Positions 24,947 through 40,300 of a stretch of 64,000 nt of DNA are shown one piece after another; positions within the stretch are counted from its first letter, which is position 1, and every line of letters begins with the position of its first letter. Made by a program: the position numbers and the translations under genes. The DNA comes from Eledone cirrhosa (taxonomy: Eukaryota): NCBI GenBank assembly GCA_964016885.1, contig OZ024740.1, forward strand, positions 364,436,001 to 364,500,000, in the 5' to 3' direction. The notes beneath the pieces are model-generated. The model had not been told where the DNA came from, searched no databases, and saw only the letters and a list, made by a program, of their open reading frames with translations.

Positions 24947-24996
24947 AATAAACCTTTCAAGGATTTACACAAATCCAGCCTCCTGTCATTTCATTG

Positions 24997-26571
<1,575 letters not shown>

Positions 26572-26924
26572 CCATTTTCCCACGCTTGCATGAGTTAGGT
26601 TGTCACGTTATGAGGCAAGTCAGGTCCAGAGACTAACATCCTCTTACAGATTTTTATTTTGGCTTGGTTTCTTTGGCTGGATGTCCTTCCTAACACCAAC
26701 TATGTTACAGTGTGGGCTGGGTGCTTTACACATACACCAACACTGATTTTATTTTTTTCCCCGTAGGAAGTAATGACGTTAGGGAGACAAAGTGTAGAAA
26801 GTGGAGCTACATACATTCATGCATGTGTGTGGTTTTTAGGGAGCTTACTGGATGTGTCAATCACTGTCAGGCAACCAGTCTATGAGGCGCTATGCTACCT
26901 ACTGTACTTTTCACATTTTCATTT

Positions 26925-27607
26925 TGCCAACAAGAATCCTAAGTTCCTGAATATCCTGATAGCTAGAGATGAGGGATGTACAGGCATGACCCAGAAACCA
27001 AAGCTCAGTCCTCACACTGGAATCATCCAACTTTGCCAAGGCCCAAAAAAGTATGTCAAGTGTGAAGCAGAATCAAAGTGATGCTGGCAGTTTTCTGCAA
27101 CTACTGAGGTGTTGTGTATCACGAATGCACACCAGAAGGACAAACAGTTACAAAGGAGCACTATCAGGAAGTCCTCTAGCATCTTTGTGATGTGGTTTGG
27201 TATAAGAGACCTGATTTCTCGGCCTCGCAAATCAAGCAGCTGCATCATAACAATGTACTGGCTTATTCTTTGCAGCTAAATCATAGTTTTTTGACAAAGA
27301 AACACATCTTGTTCATTCATCGGGTTCCTTACTCTTCAGAAATAGCTTCTTTTGGTTTCCGGTTGTTCCCCAAAATTGACAATGCTGCTGCTGAAAAGCT
27401 CTTGCTTTGAGAACCAAAAGGACATTATATGGACTGTGATGGCAGAGCTGAGCAGCATTCCAGACATACTTTGAACAGTGGAAAGATTGCCGGGCTAAGT
27501 GTGTGGCATTATAAAAGGCTTGCTTCAAAGAGGATTAGCAATTGAACGCCACCAAGTGCATAATTTTTTTCCCACCTTGAGGCTAGATACTTTTTCGGTT
27601 GACCTTG
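26925..27607 (+). mobile_element. Degraded mariner transposase remnant (3' half)
   Basis: Peptides DPETKAQSSHWNHPTLPRPKK, SRIKVMLAVF, PEGQTVTKEHY, LHHNN and PYSSEIASFGFRLFPK (degenerate YSPDL motif). TIR-like end 'tttttcggttgaccttg|TA'. Confidence 0.8.
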
Positions 27608-27861
27608 TATATCACTAGATATGTATGTATATTAACAGTTCTGTGTGTACATATGTCAACTGTTATGTGTTTCTCAACTGTTCTGGATGTATGTATATTA
27701 TCTGTATCTGAAACCTAGCCCAGAATATTTTCTTACCAAAGGTTTGGGTTGATCTAAGCCTTGTGAGTGAAACTGTTAGATATGAACTGTATGGAAGCTT
27801 ATCAAATGGATTTGTACTTGTAATTCTAAATGTCCAGCTATGTCACATATTGTCTCATTAA

Positions 27862-28326
27862 CCCTTTAATGTTCAAACCGGCTAAAACCAGCCAGAATTC
27901 TCTACCTCTTTTCTGTTGAAACTAGCTGTAACTGGTCACTCAAACTAATGTTAAGGTATTGTTCTCAAAATAAATACTTTCAAAATCTCATAGATTCGAT
28001 ATTATGTGAGATAATTATGCGAGATAAAGCCTTTACCATGAAAATATAATAGTATATATAGAGTAATGTGAATGTTAAAGGATTAATTCAGCGTGTGAAT
28101 TTCAATAATCCTTTAGCATTCACATTACTCTATATTTGCTATTGTATTTTGGTGACAAGACTTTATCTTACATAATATCTCACATAATATCAAATCTATG
28201 AGATTTTGACGTTATTTATTTTAAGAACAATACCTTAACATAAGTAGGAGTGGCCAGTTAAAGCTGGTTGAGTTGAAAGAGGTGAGAGGATTCTGGTCGG
28301 ATACAGCCAGTTTAAATGCGAAAGGG
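27862..28326. mobile_element. Two adjacent, oppositely oriented TTAA MITEs (27862-28082 and 28109-28326)
   Basis: Homologous to 8788-8984, with ttaa|cccttt...aaaggg|ttaa termini. Confidence 0.75.
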
Positions 28327-28397
28327 TTAAGGTACACATTTTGCTGAAATGCTCGGTCTCTTACACATAAAAAAAAAACATCTTTTTTTGTCCTAAA

Positions 28398-31300
28398 CAC
28401 AATAGCACTAGTTTTAGTACTGTGGTTGTGTTGTGGGATACTATAGTACTGGTCTGGTACTGTGGTTGTGTTGTGGGATACAATAGTACTGGTCTGGTAC
28501 TGTGGTTGTGTTGTGGGATACAATAGTACTGGTCTGGTACTGTGGTTGTGTTGTGGGATACAATAGTACTGGTCTGGTACTGTGGTTGTGTTGTGGGATA
28601 CAATAGTACTGGTCTGGTACTGTGGTTGTGTTGTGGGATACAATAGTACTGGTCTGGTACTGTGGTTGTGGTGTGGGATACAATAGTACTGGTTTGGTAG
28701 TGTGGGTCTACTGTGGGATACATTAGTACTGGTTTGGTAGTGTGGTTCTACTGTGGGATACATTAGTACTGGTTTGGTAGTGTGGGTCTACTGTGGGATA
28801 TATTAGTACTGGTTTGGTAGTGTGGGTCTACTGTGGGATATATTAGTACTGGTTTGGTAGTGTGGGTCTACTGTGGGATACATTAGTACTGGTTTGGTAG
28901 TGTAGGTCTACTGTGGGATATATTAGTACTGGTTTGGTAGTGTGGGTCTACTGTGGGATACATTAGTACTGGTTTGGTAGTGTGAGTCTACTGTGGGATG
29001 TATTAGTACTGGTTTGGTAGTGTGGGTCTACTGTGGGATATATTAGTACTGGTTTGGTAGTGTGGGTCTACTGTGGGATACATTAGTACTGGTTTGGTAG
29101 TGTGGGTCTACTGTGGGATGTATTAGTACTGGTTTGGTAGTGTGGTTCTACTGTGGGATATATTAGTACTGGTTTGGTAGTGTGGGTCTACTGTGGGATG
29201 TATTAGTACTGGTTTGGTAGTGTGGGTCTACTGTGGGATACAATAGTACTGGTTTGGTAGTGTGGGTCTACTGTGGGATATATTAGTACTGGTTTGGTAG
29301 TGTGGGTCTACTGTGGGATGTATTAGTACTGGTTTGGTAGTGTGGGTCTACTGTGGGCTACAATAGTACTGGTTTGGTAGTGTGGGTCTACTGTGGGATG
29401 TATTAGTAGTGGTTTGGTAGTGTGGGTCTACTGTGGGATATAATAGTACTGGTTTGGTAGTGTGGGTCTACTGTGGGATACATTAGTACTGGTTTGGTAG
29501 TGTGGGTCTACTGTGGGATACATTAGTACTGGTTTGGTAGTGTGTGTCTACTGTGGGATACAATAGTACTGGTTTGGTAGTGTGGGTCTACTGTGGGATA
29601 CAATAGTACTGGTTTGGTAGTGTGGGTCTACTGTGGGATACAATAGTACTGGTTTGGTAGTGTGGGTCTACTGTGGGATACAATAGTACTGGTTTGGTAG
29701 TGTGGGTCTACTGTGGGATACAATAGTACTGGTTTGGTAGTGTGGGTCTACTGTGGGATACAATAGTACTGGTTTGGTAGTGTGGGTCTACTGTGGGATG
29801 TATTACTACTGGTTTGGTAGTGTGGGTCTACTGTGGGATACATTAGTACTGGTTTGGTAGTGTGGGTCTACTGTGGGATGTATTAGTACTGGTTTGGTAG
29901 TGTGGGTCTACTGTGGGATATATTAGTACTGGTTTGGTAGTGTGGTTCTACTGTGGGATATATTAGTACTGGTTTGGTAGTGTGGGTCTACTGTGGGATA
30001 CATTAGTACTGGTTTGGTAGTGTGTGTCTACTGTGGGATACAATAGTACTGGTTTGGTAGTGTGGGTCTACTGTGGGATACAATAGTACTGGTTTGGTAG
30101 TGTGTGTCTACTGTGGGATACAATAGTACTGGTTTGGTAGTGTGGGTCTACTGTGGGATACAATAGTACTGGTTTGGTAGTGTGTGTCTACTGTGGGATA
30201 CAATAGTACTGGTTTGGTAGTGTGGTTCTATTGTGGGATGTATTAGTACTGGTTTGGTAGTGTGTGTCTACTGTGGGATACAATAGTACTGGTTTGGTAG
30301 TGTAGGTCTACTGTGGGATACAATAGTACTGGTTTGGTAGTGTGGGTCTACTGTGGGATACAATAGTATTGGTTTGGTAGTGTGGGTCTACTGTGGGATA
30401 CAATAGTACTGGTTTGGTAGTGTGGGTCTACTGTGGGATACAATAGTACTGGTTTGGTAGTGTGGGTCTACTGTGGGATACATTAGTACTGGTTTGGTAG
30501 TGTGGGTCTACTGTGGGATACAATAGTACTGGTTTGGTAGTGTGGGTCTACTGTGGGATACAATAGTACTGGTTTGGTAGTGTGGGTCTACTGTGGGATA
30601 CAATAGTACTGGTTTGGTAGTGTGGGTCTACTGTGGGACGTATTACTACTGGTTTGGTAGTGTGGGTCTACTGTGGGATACATTAGTACTGGTTTGGTAG
30701 TGTGGGTCTACTGTGGGATGTATTAGTACTGGTTTGGTAGTGTGGGTCTACTGTGGGATACAATAGTACTGGTTTGGTAGTGTGGGTCTACTGTGGGATG
30801 TATTAGTACTGGTTTTGTAGTGTGGGTCTACTGTGGGATACAATAGTACTGGTTTGGTAGTGTGGGTCTACTGTGGGATGTATTAGTACTGGTTTGGTAG
30901 TGTGGGTCTACTGTGGGATACATTAGTACTGGTTTGGTAGTGTGGGTCTACTGTGGGATACAATAGTACTGGTTTGGTAGTGTGTGTCTACTGTGGGATA
31001 CAATAGTACTGGTTTGGTAGTGTGGGTCTACTGTGGGATACAATAGTACTGGTTTGGTAGTGTGGGTCTACTGTGGGATACAATAGTACTGGTTTGGTAG
31101 TGTGGGTCTACTGTGGGATACAATAGTACTGGTTTGGTAGTGTGTGTCTACTGTGGGATATATTAGTACTGGTTTGGTAGTGTGGGTCTACTGTGGGATA
31201 CATTAGTACTGGTTTGGTAGTGTGGGTCTACTGTGGGATACAATAGTACTGGTTTGGTAGTGTGGGTCTACTGTGGGATACAATAGTACTGGTTTGGTAG

Positions 31301-34300
31301 TGTGTGTCTACTGTGGGATATATTAGTACTGGTTTGGTAGTGTGGGTCTACTGTGGGATACATTAGTACTGGTTTGGTAGTGTGGGTCTACTCTGGGATA
31401 CAATAGTACTGGTTTGGTAGTGTATGTCTACTGTGGGATACAATAGTACTGGTTTGGTAGTGTGGGTCTACTGTGGGATACAATAGTACTGGTTTGGTAG
31501 TGTGTGTCTACTGTGGGATACAATAGTACTGGTTTGGTAGTGTGTGTCTACTGTGGGATACAATAGTACTGGTTTGGTAGTGTGGGTCTACTGTGAGATA
31601 CAATAGTACTGGTTTGGTAGTGTGGGTCTACTGTGGGATATATTAGTACTGGTTTGGTAGTGTGTGTCTACTGTGGGATACAATAGTACTGGTTTGGTAG
31701 TGTGTGTCTACTGTGGGATACAATAGTACTGGTTTGGTAGTGTGGGTCTACTGTGGGATACAATAGTACTGGTTTGGTAGTGTGGGTCTACTGTGGGATA
31801 CAGTAGTACTGGTTTGGTAGTGTGGGTCTACTGTGGGATACATTAGTACAGGTTTGGTAGTGTGGGTCTACTGTGGGATACAATAGTACTGGTTTGGTAG
31901 TGTGGGTCTACTGTGGGATACAATAGTACTGGTTTGATAGTGTGTGTCTACTGTGGGATACAATAGTACTGGTTTGGTAGTGTGGGTCTACTGTGGGATA
32001 CAATAGTACTGGTTTGGTAGTGTGGGTCTACTGTGGGATACAATAGTACTGGTTTGGTAGTGTGGGTCTACTGTGGGATGTATTACTACTGGTTTGGTAG
32101 TGTGGGTCTACTGTGGGATACATTAGTACTGGTTTGGTAGTGTGGGTCTACTGTGGGATACATTAGTACTGGTTTGGTAGTGTGGGTCTACTGTGGGATA
32201 CAATAGTACTGGTTTGGTAGTGTGGGTCTACTGTGGGATACAATAGTACTGGTTTGATAGTGTGTGTCTACTGTGGGATACAATAGTACTGGTTTGGTAG
32301 TGTGGGTCTACTGTGGGATACAATAGTACTGGTTTGGTAGTGTGAGTCTACTGTGGGATACAATAGTACTGGTTTGGTAGTGTGGGTCTACTGTGGGATA
32401 CAATAGTACTGGTTTGGTAGTGTGGGTCTACTGTGGGATACAATAGTACTGGTTTGATAGTGTGTGTCTACTGTGGGATACAATAGTACTGGTTTGGTAG
32501 TGTGGGTCTACTGTGGGATACAATAGTAATGGTTTGATAGTGTGTGTCTACTGTGGGATACAATAGTACTGGTTTGGTAGTGTGGGTCTACTGTGGGATA
32601 CAATAGTACTGGTTTGATAGTGTGTGTCTACTGTGGGATACAATAGTACTGGTTTGGTAGTGTGGGTCTACTGTGGGATGTATTAGTACTGGTTTGGTAG
32701 TGTGGGTCTACTGTGGGATACATTAGTACTGGTTTGGTAGTGTGGGTCTACTGTGGGATACATTAGTACTGGTTTGGTAGTGTGGGTCTACTGTGGGATA
32801 CAATAGTACTGGTTTGGTAGTGTGGTTCTATTGTGGGATACATTAGTACTGGTTTGGTAGTGTGGTTGTATTGTGGGATGTATTAGTACTGGTTTGGTAG
32901 TGTGGTTCTACTGTGGGATGTATTAGTACTGGTTTGGTAGTGTAGGTCTACTGTGGGATGTATTAGTACTGGTTTGGTAGTGTGTGTCTACTGTGGGATA
33001 CAATAGTACTGGTTTGGTAGTGTGGGTCTACTGTGGGATATATTAGTACTGGTTTGGTAGTGTGGGTCTACTGTGGGATACATTAGTACTGGTTTGGTAG
33101 TGTGTGTCTACTGTGGGATACAATAGTACTGGTTTGGTAGTGTGGGTCTACTGTGGTATACAATAGTACTGGTTTGGTAGTGTGTGTCTACTGTGGGATA
33201 CAATAGTACTGGTTTGGTAGTGTGGGTCTACTGTGGGATACAATAGTACTGGTTTGGTAGTGTGTGTCTACTGTGGGATACAATAGTACTGGTTTGGTAG
33301 TGTGGTTCTATTGTGGGATGTATTAGTACTGGTTTGGTAGTGTGTGTCTACTGTGGGATACAATAGTACTGGTTTGGTAGTGTGGGTCTACTGTGGGATA
33401 CAATAGTACTGGTTTGGTAGTGTGGGTCTACTGTGGGATACAATAGTATTGGTTTGGTAGTGTGGGTCTACTGTGGGATACAATAGTACTGGTTTGGTAG
33501 TGTGGGTCTACTGTGGGATACAATAGTACTGGTTTGGTAGTGTGGGTCTACTGTGGGATACATTAGTACTGGTTTGGTAGTGTGGGTCTACTGTGGGATA
33601 CAATAGTACTGGTTTGGTAGTGTGGGTCTACTGTGGGATACAATAGTACTGGTTTGGTAGTGTGGGTCTACTGTGGGATACAATAGTACTGGTTTGGTAG
33701 TGTGGGTCTACTGTGGGATGTATTACTACTGGTTTGGTAGTGTGGGTCTACTGTGGGATACATTAGTACTGGTTTGGTAGTGTGGGTCTACTGTGGGATG
33801 TATTAGTACTGGTTTGGTAGTGTGGGTCTACTGTGGGATATATTAGTACTGGTTTGGTAGTGTGGGTCTACTGTGGGATGTATTAGTACTGGTTTGGTAG
33901 TGTGGGTCTACTGTGGGATACAATAGTACTGGTTTGGTAGTGTGGGTCTACTGTGGGATGTATTAGTACTGGTTTTGTAGTGTGGGTCTACTGTGGGATA
34001 CAATAGTACTGGTTTGGTAGTGTGGGTCTACTGTGGGATGTATTAGTACTGGTTTGGTAGTGTGGGTCTACTGTGGGATACATTAGTACTGGTTTGGTAG
34101 TGTGGGTCTACTGTGGGATACAATAGTACTGGTTTGGTAGTGTGTGTCTACTGTGGGATACAATAGTACTGGTTTGGTAGTGTGGGTCTACTGTGGGATA
34201 CAATAGTACTGGTTTGGTAGTGTGGGTCTACTGTGGGATACAATAGTACTGGTTTGGTAGTGTGGGTCTACTGTGGGATACAATAGTACTGGTTTGGTAG

Positions 34301-37300
34301 TGTGTGTCTACTGTGGGATATATTAGTACTGGTTTGGTAGTGTGGGTCTACTGTGGGATACATTAGTACTGGTTTGGTAGTGTGGGTCTACTGTGGGATA
34401 CAATAGTACTGGTTTGGTAGTGTGGGTCTACTGTGGGATACAATAGTACTGGTTTGGTAGTGTGTGTCTACTGTGGGATATATTAGTACTGGTTTGGTAG
34501 TGTGGGTCTACTGTGGGATACATTAGTACTGGTTTGGTAGTGTGGGTCTACTCTGGGATACAATAGTACTGGTTTGGTAGTGTATGTCTACTGTGGGATA
34601 CAATAGTACTGGTTTGGTAGTGTGGGTCTACTGTGGGATACAATAGTACTGGTTTGGTAGTGTGGGTCTACTGTGGGATACATTAGTACTGGTTTGGTAG
34701 TGTGGGTCTACTGTGGGATACAATAGTACTGGTTTGGTAGTGTGGGTCTACTGTGGGATACAATAGTACTGGTTTGGTAGTGTGGGTCTACTGTGGGATA
34801 CAATAGTACTGGTTTGGTAGTGTGGGTCTACTGTGGGATGTATTACTACTGGTTTGGTAGTGTGGGTCTACTGTGGGATACATTAGTACTGGTTTGGTAG
34901 TGTGGGTCTACTGTGGGATGTATTAGTACTGGTTTGGTAGTGTGGGTCTACTGTGGGATATATTAGTACTGGTTTGGTAGTGTGGGTCTACTGTGGGATG
35001 TATTAGTACTGGTTTGGTAGTGTGGGTCTACTGTGGGATACAATAGTACTGGTTTGGTAGTGTGGGTCTACTGTGGGATGTATTAGTACTGGTTTTGTAG
35101 TGTGGGTCTACTGTGGGATACAATAGTACTGGTTTGGTAGTGTGGGTCTACTGTGGGATGTATTAGTACTGGTTTGGTAGTGTGGGTCTACTGTGGGATA
35201 CATTAGTACTGGTTTGGTAGTGTGGGTCTACTGTGGGATACAATAGTACTGGTTTGGTAGTGTGTGTCTACTGTGGGATACAATAGTACTGGTTTGGTAG
35301 TGTGGGTCTACTGTGGGATACAATAGTACTGGTTTGGTAGTGTGGGTCTACTGTGGGATACAATAGTACTGGTTTGGTAGTGTGGGTCTACTGTGGGATA
35401 CAATAGTACTGGTTTGGTAGTGTGTGTCTACTGTGGGATATATTAGTACTGGTTTGGTAGTGTGGGTCTACTGTGGGATACATTAGTACTGGTTTGGTAG
35501 TGTGGGTCTACTGTGGGATACAATAGTACTGGTTTGGTAGTGTGGGTCTACTGTGGGATACAATAGTACTGGTTTGGTAGTGTGTGTCTACTGTGGGATA
35601 TATTAGTACTGGTTTGGTAGTGTGGGTCTACTGTGGGATACATTAGTACTGGTTTGGTAGTGTGGGTCTACTCTGGGATACAATAGTACTGGTTTGGTAG
35701 TGTATGTCTACTGTGGGATACAATAGTACTGGTTTGGTAGTGTGGGTCTACTGTGGGATACAATAGTACTGGTTTGGTAGTGTGTGTCTACTGTGGGATA
35801 CAATAGTACTGGTTTGGTAGTGTGTGTCTACTGTGGGATACAATAGTACTGGTTTGGTAGTGTGGGTCTACTGTGGGATACAATAGTACTGGTTTGGTAG
35901 TGTGGGTCTACTGTGGGATATATTAGTACTGGTTTGGTAGTGTGTGTCTACTGTGGGATACAATAGTACTGGTTTGGTAGTGTGTGTCTACTGTGGGATA
36001 CAATAGTACTGGTTTGGTAGTGTGGGTCTACTGTGGGATACAATAGTACTGGTTTGGTAGTGTGGGTCTACTGTGGGATACAGTAGTACTGGTTTGGTAG
36101 TGTGGGTCTACTGTGGGATACATTAGTACTGGTTTGGTAGTGTGGGTCTACTGTGGGATACAATAGTACTGGTTTGGTAGTGTGGGTCTACTGTGGGATA
36201 CAATAGTACTGGTTTGATAGTGTGTGTCTACTGTGGGATACAATAGTACTGGTTTGGTAGTGTGGGTCTACTGTGGGATACAATAGTACTGGTTTGGTAG
36301 TGTGGGTCTACTGTGGGATACAATAGTACTGGTTTGGTAGTGTGGGTCTACTGTGGGATACAATAGTACTGGTTTGGTAGTGTGGGTCTACTGTGGGATA
36401 CATTAGTACTGGTTTGGTAGTGTGGGTCTACTGTGGGATACATTAGTACTGGTTTGGTAGTGTGGGTCTACTGTGGGATACAATAGTACTGGTTTGGTAG
36501 TGTGGGTCTACTGTGGGATACAATAGTACTGGTTTGATAGTGTGTGTCTACTGTGGGATACAATAGTACTGGTTTGGTAGTGTGGGTCTACTGTGGGATA
36601 CAATAGTACTGGTTTGGTAGTGTGAGTCTACTGTGGGATACAATAGTACTGGTTTGGTAGTGTGGGTCTACTGTGGGATACAATAGTACTGGTTTGGTAG
36701 TGTGGGTCTACTGTGGGATACAATAGTACTGGTTTGATAGTGTGTGTCTACTGTGGGATACAATAGTACTGGTTTGGTAGTGTGGGTCTACTGTGGGATA
36801 CAATAGTAATGGTTTGATAGTGTGTGTCTACTGTGGGATACAATAGTACTGGTTTGGTAGTGTGGGTCTACTGTGGGATACAATAGTACTGGTTTGATAG
36901 TGTGTGTCTACTGTGGGATACAATAGTACTGGTTTGGTAGTGTGGGTCTACTGTGGGATGTATTAGTACTGGTTTGGTAGTGTGGGTCTACTGTGGGATA
37001 CATTAGTACTGGTTTGGTAGTGTGGGTCTACTGTGGGATACATTAGTACTGGTTTGATAGTGTGGGTCTACTGTGGGATACAATAGTACTGGTTTGGTAG
37101 TGTGGTTCTATTGTGGGATACATTAGTACTGGTTTGGTAGTGTGGTTGTATTGTGGGATGTATTAGTACTGGTTTGGTAGTGTGGTTCTACTGTGGGATG
37201 TATTAGTACTGGTTTGGTAGTGTAGGTCTACTGTGGGATGTATTAGTACTGGTTTGGTAGTGTGGGTCTACTGTGGGATGTATTAGTACTGGTTTGGTAG

Positions 37301-40300
37301 TGTGGGTCTACTGTGGGATGTATTAGTACTGGTTTGGTAGTGTGGGTCTACTGTGGGATACATTAGTACTGGTTTGGTAGTGTGGGTCTACTGTGGGATA
37401 CAATAGTACTGGTTTGGTAGTGTGGTTCTATTGTGGGATACATTAGTACTGGTTTGGTAGTGTGGGTCTACTGTGGGATACATTAGTACTGGTTTGGTAG
37501 TGTGGTTCTATTGTGGGATGTATTAGTACTGGTTTGGTAGTGTGCGTCTACTGTGGGATACAATAGTACTGGTTTGGTAGTGTGGTTCCATTGTGGGATG
37601 TATTAGTACTGGTTTGGTAGTGTGGTTCTATTGTGGGATGTATTAGTACTGATTTGGTAGTGTGGTTCTATTGTGGGATGTATTAGTACTGGTTTGGTAG
37701 TGTGGGTCTACTGTGGGATGTATTAGTACTGGTTTGGTAGTGTGGTTCTACTGTGGGATACATTAGTACTGGTTTGGTAGTGTGGTTGTATTGTGGGATG
37801 TATTAGTACTGGTTTGGTAGTGTGGTTCTACTGTGGGATGTATTAGTACTGGTTTGGTAGTGTAGGTCTACTGTGGGATGTATTAGTACTGGTTTGGTAG
37901 TGTGGGTCTACTGTGGGATGTATTAGTACTGGTTTGGTAGTGTGGGTCTACTGTGGGATGTATTAGTACTGGTTTGGTAGTGTGGTTCTATTGTGGGATG
38001 TATTAGTACTGGTTTGGTAGTGTGGGTCTACTGTGGGATGTATTAGTACTGGTTTGGTAGTGTGGGTCTACTGTGGGATGTATTAGTACTGATTTGGTAG
38101 TGTGGTTCTATTGTGGGCTGTATTAGTACTGGTTTGGTAGTGTGGGTCTACTGTGGGATACATTAGTACTGGTTTGGTAGTGTGGGTCTATTGTGGGATG
38201 TATTAGTACTGGTTTGCTAGTGTGGGTCTATTGTGGGATGTATTAGTACTGGTTTGGTAGTGTGGGTCTATTGTGGGATGTATTAGTACTGGTTTGGTAG
38301 TGTGGGTCTACTGTGGGATGTATTAGTACTGGTTTGGTAGTGTGGTTGTATTGTGGGATGTATTAGTACTGGTTTGGTAGTGTGGTTGTATTGTGGGATG
38401 TATTAGTACTGGTTTGGTAGTGTATGTCTACTGTGGGATACATTAGTACTGGTTTGGTAGTGTGGCTCTACTGTGGGATGTATTAGTACTGGTTTGGTAG
38501 TGTGGGTCTACTGTGGGATACATTAGTACTGGTTTGGTAGTGTGGTTCTATTGTGGGATGTATTAGTACTGGTTTGGTAGTGTGGGTCTACTGTAGGATG
38601 TATTAGTACTGGTTTGGTAGTGTGGTTCTATTGTGGGATGTATTAGTACTGGTTTGGTAGTGTGGGTCTATTGTGGGATGTATTAGTACTGATTTGGTAG
38701 TGTGGGTCTACTGTGGGATGTATTAGTACTGGTTTGGTAGTGTGGGTCTACTGTGGGATGTATTAGTACTGGTTTGGTAGTGTGGGTCTATTGTGGGATG
38801 TATTAGTACTGATTTGGTAGTGTGGGTCTACTGTGGGATGTATTAGTACTGGTTTGGTAGTGTGGTTCTATTGTGGGATGTATTAGTACTGATTTGGTAG
38901 TGTTGGTCTATTGTGGGATGTATTAGTACTGATTTGGTAGTGTGGGTCTACTGTGGGATGTATTAGTACTGGTTTGGTAGTGTGGTTCTATTGTGGGATG
39001 TATTAGAACTGGTTTGGTAGTGTGGGTCTATTGTGGGATGTATTAGTACTGATTTGGTAGTGTGGGTCTACTGTGGGATGTATTAGTACTGGTTTGGTAG
39101 TGTGGTTCTATTGTGGGATGTATTAGTACTGGTTTGGTAGTGTGGGTCTATTGTGGGATGTATTAGTACGGATTTGGTAGTGTGGGTCTACTGTGGGATG
39201 TATTAGTACTAGTTTGGTAGTGTGGGTCTAGTGTGGGATACATTAGTACTGGTTTGATAGTGTGGGTCTACTGTGGGATGTATTAGTACTGATTTGATAG
39301 TGTGGTTGTATTGTGGGATGTATTAGTACTGGTTTGGTAGTGTGGTTCTATTGTGGGATGTATTAGTACTGGTTTGGTAGTGTGGGTCTACTGTGGGATA
39401 TATTAGTACTGGTTTGGTAGTGTGGTTCTACTGTGGGATACATTAGTACTGGTTTGGTAGTGTGGTTCTATTGTGGGATACAATAGTACTGGTTTGGTAG
39501 TGTGGTTCTACTGTGGGATACATTAGTACTGGTTTGGTAGTGTGGGTCTACTGTGGGATACAATAGTACTGGTTTGGTAGTGTGGGTCTACTGTGGGATA
39601 CATTAGTACTGGTTTGGTAGTGTGGGTCTATTGTGGGATACATTAGTACTGGTTTGGTAATGTGGGTCTACTGTGGGATACATTAGTACTGGTTTGGTAG
39701 TGTGGTTCTATTGTGGGATACATTAGTACTGGTTTGGTAGTGTGGGTCTACTGTGGGATACATTAGTACTGGTTTGGTAGTGTGGTTCTATTGTGGGATA
39801 CATTAGTACTGGTTTGGTAGTGTGGGTCTACTGTGGGATATATTAGTACTGGTTTGATAGTGTGGTTCTACTGTGGGATGCATTAGTACTGATTTGGTAG
39901 TGTGGTTCTATTGTGGGATGTATTAGTACTGATTTGGTAGTGTGGGTCTACTGTGGGATACATTAGTACTGGTTTGGTAGTGTGGGTCTAATGTGGGATA
40001 CATTAGTACTGGTTTGGTAGTGTGGGTCTACTGTGGGATGTATTAGTACTGGTTTGGTAGTGTGGGTCTACTGTGGGATGTATTAGTACTGGTTTGGTAG
40101 TGTGGGTCTACTGTGGGATACATTAGTACTGGTTTGGTAGTGTGGTTCTATTGTGGGATATATTAGTACTGGTTTGGTAGTGTGGTTCTATTGTGGGATG
40201 TATTAGTACTGGTTTGCTAGTGTGGTTCTATCGTGGGATATATTAGTACTGGTTTGGTAGTGTGGTTCTATTGTGGGATATATTAGTACTGGTTTAATAG

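Larger units (their letters stand above)
24511..24995. mobile_element. PLE-type element (family C): near-perfect 125-bp inverted repeat with one-sided tail
   Basis: 24661-24786 is the reverse complement of 24866-24991 with ~1 mismatch and an ~80-bp spacer, flanked by (TA)n. Confidence 0.8.

Noticed and set aside
28221-28763. Repetitive ORFs (PQHNHSTRPVLLYPTTQPQYQTST)
   Set aside because: They are the minus-strand reading of the 40-bp satellite, cycling through all three frames, with no sign of coding constraint.
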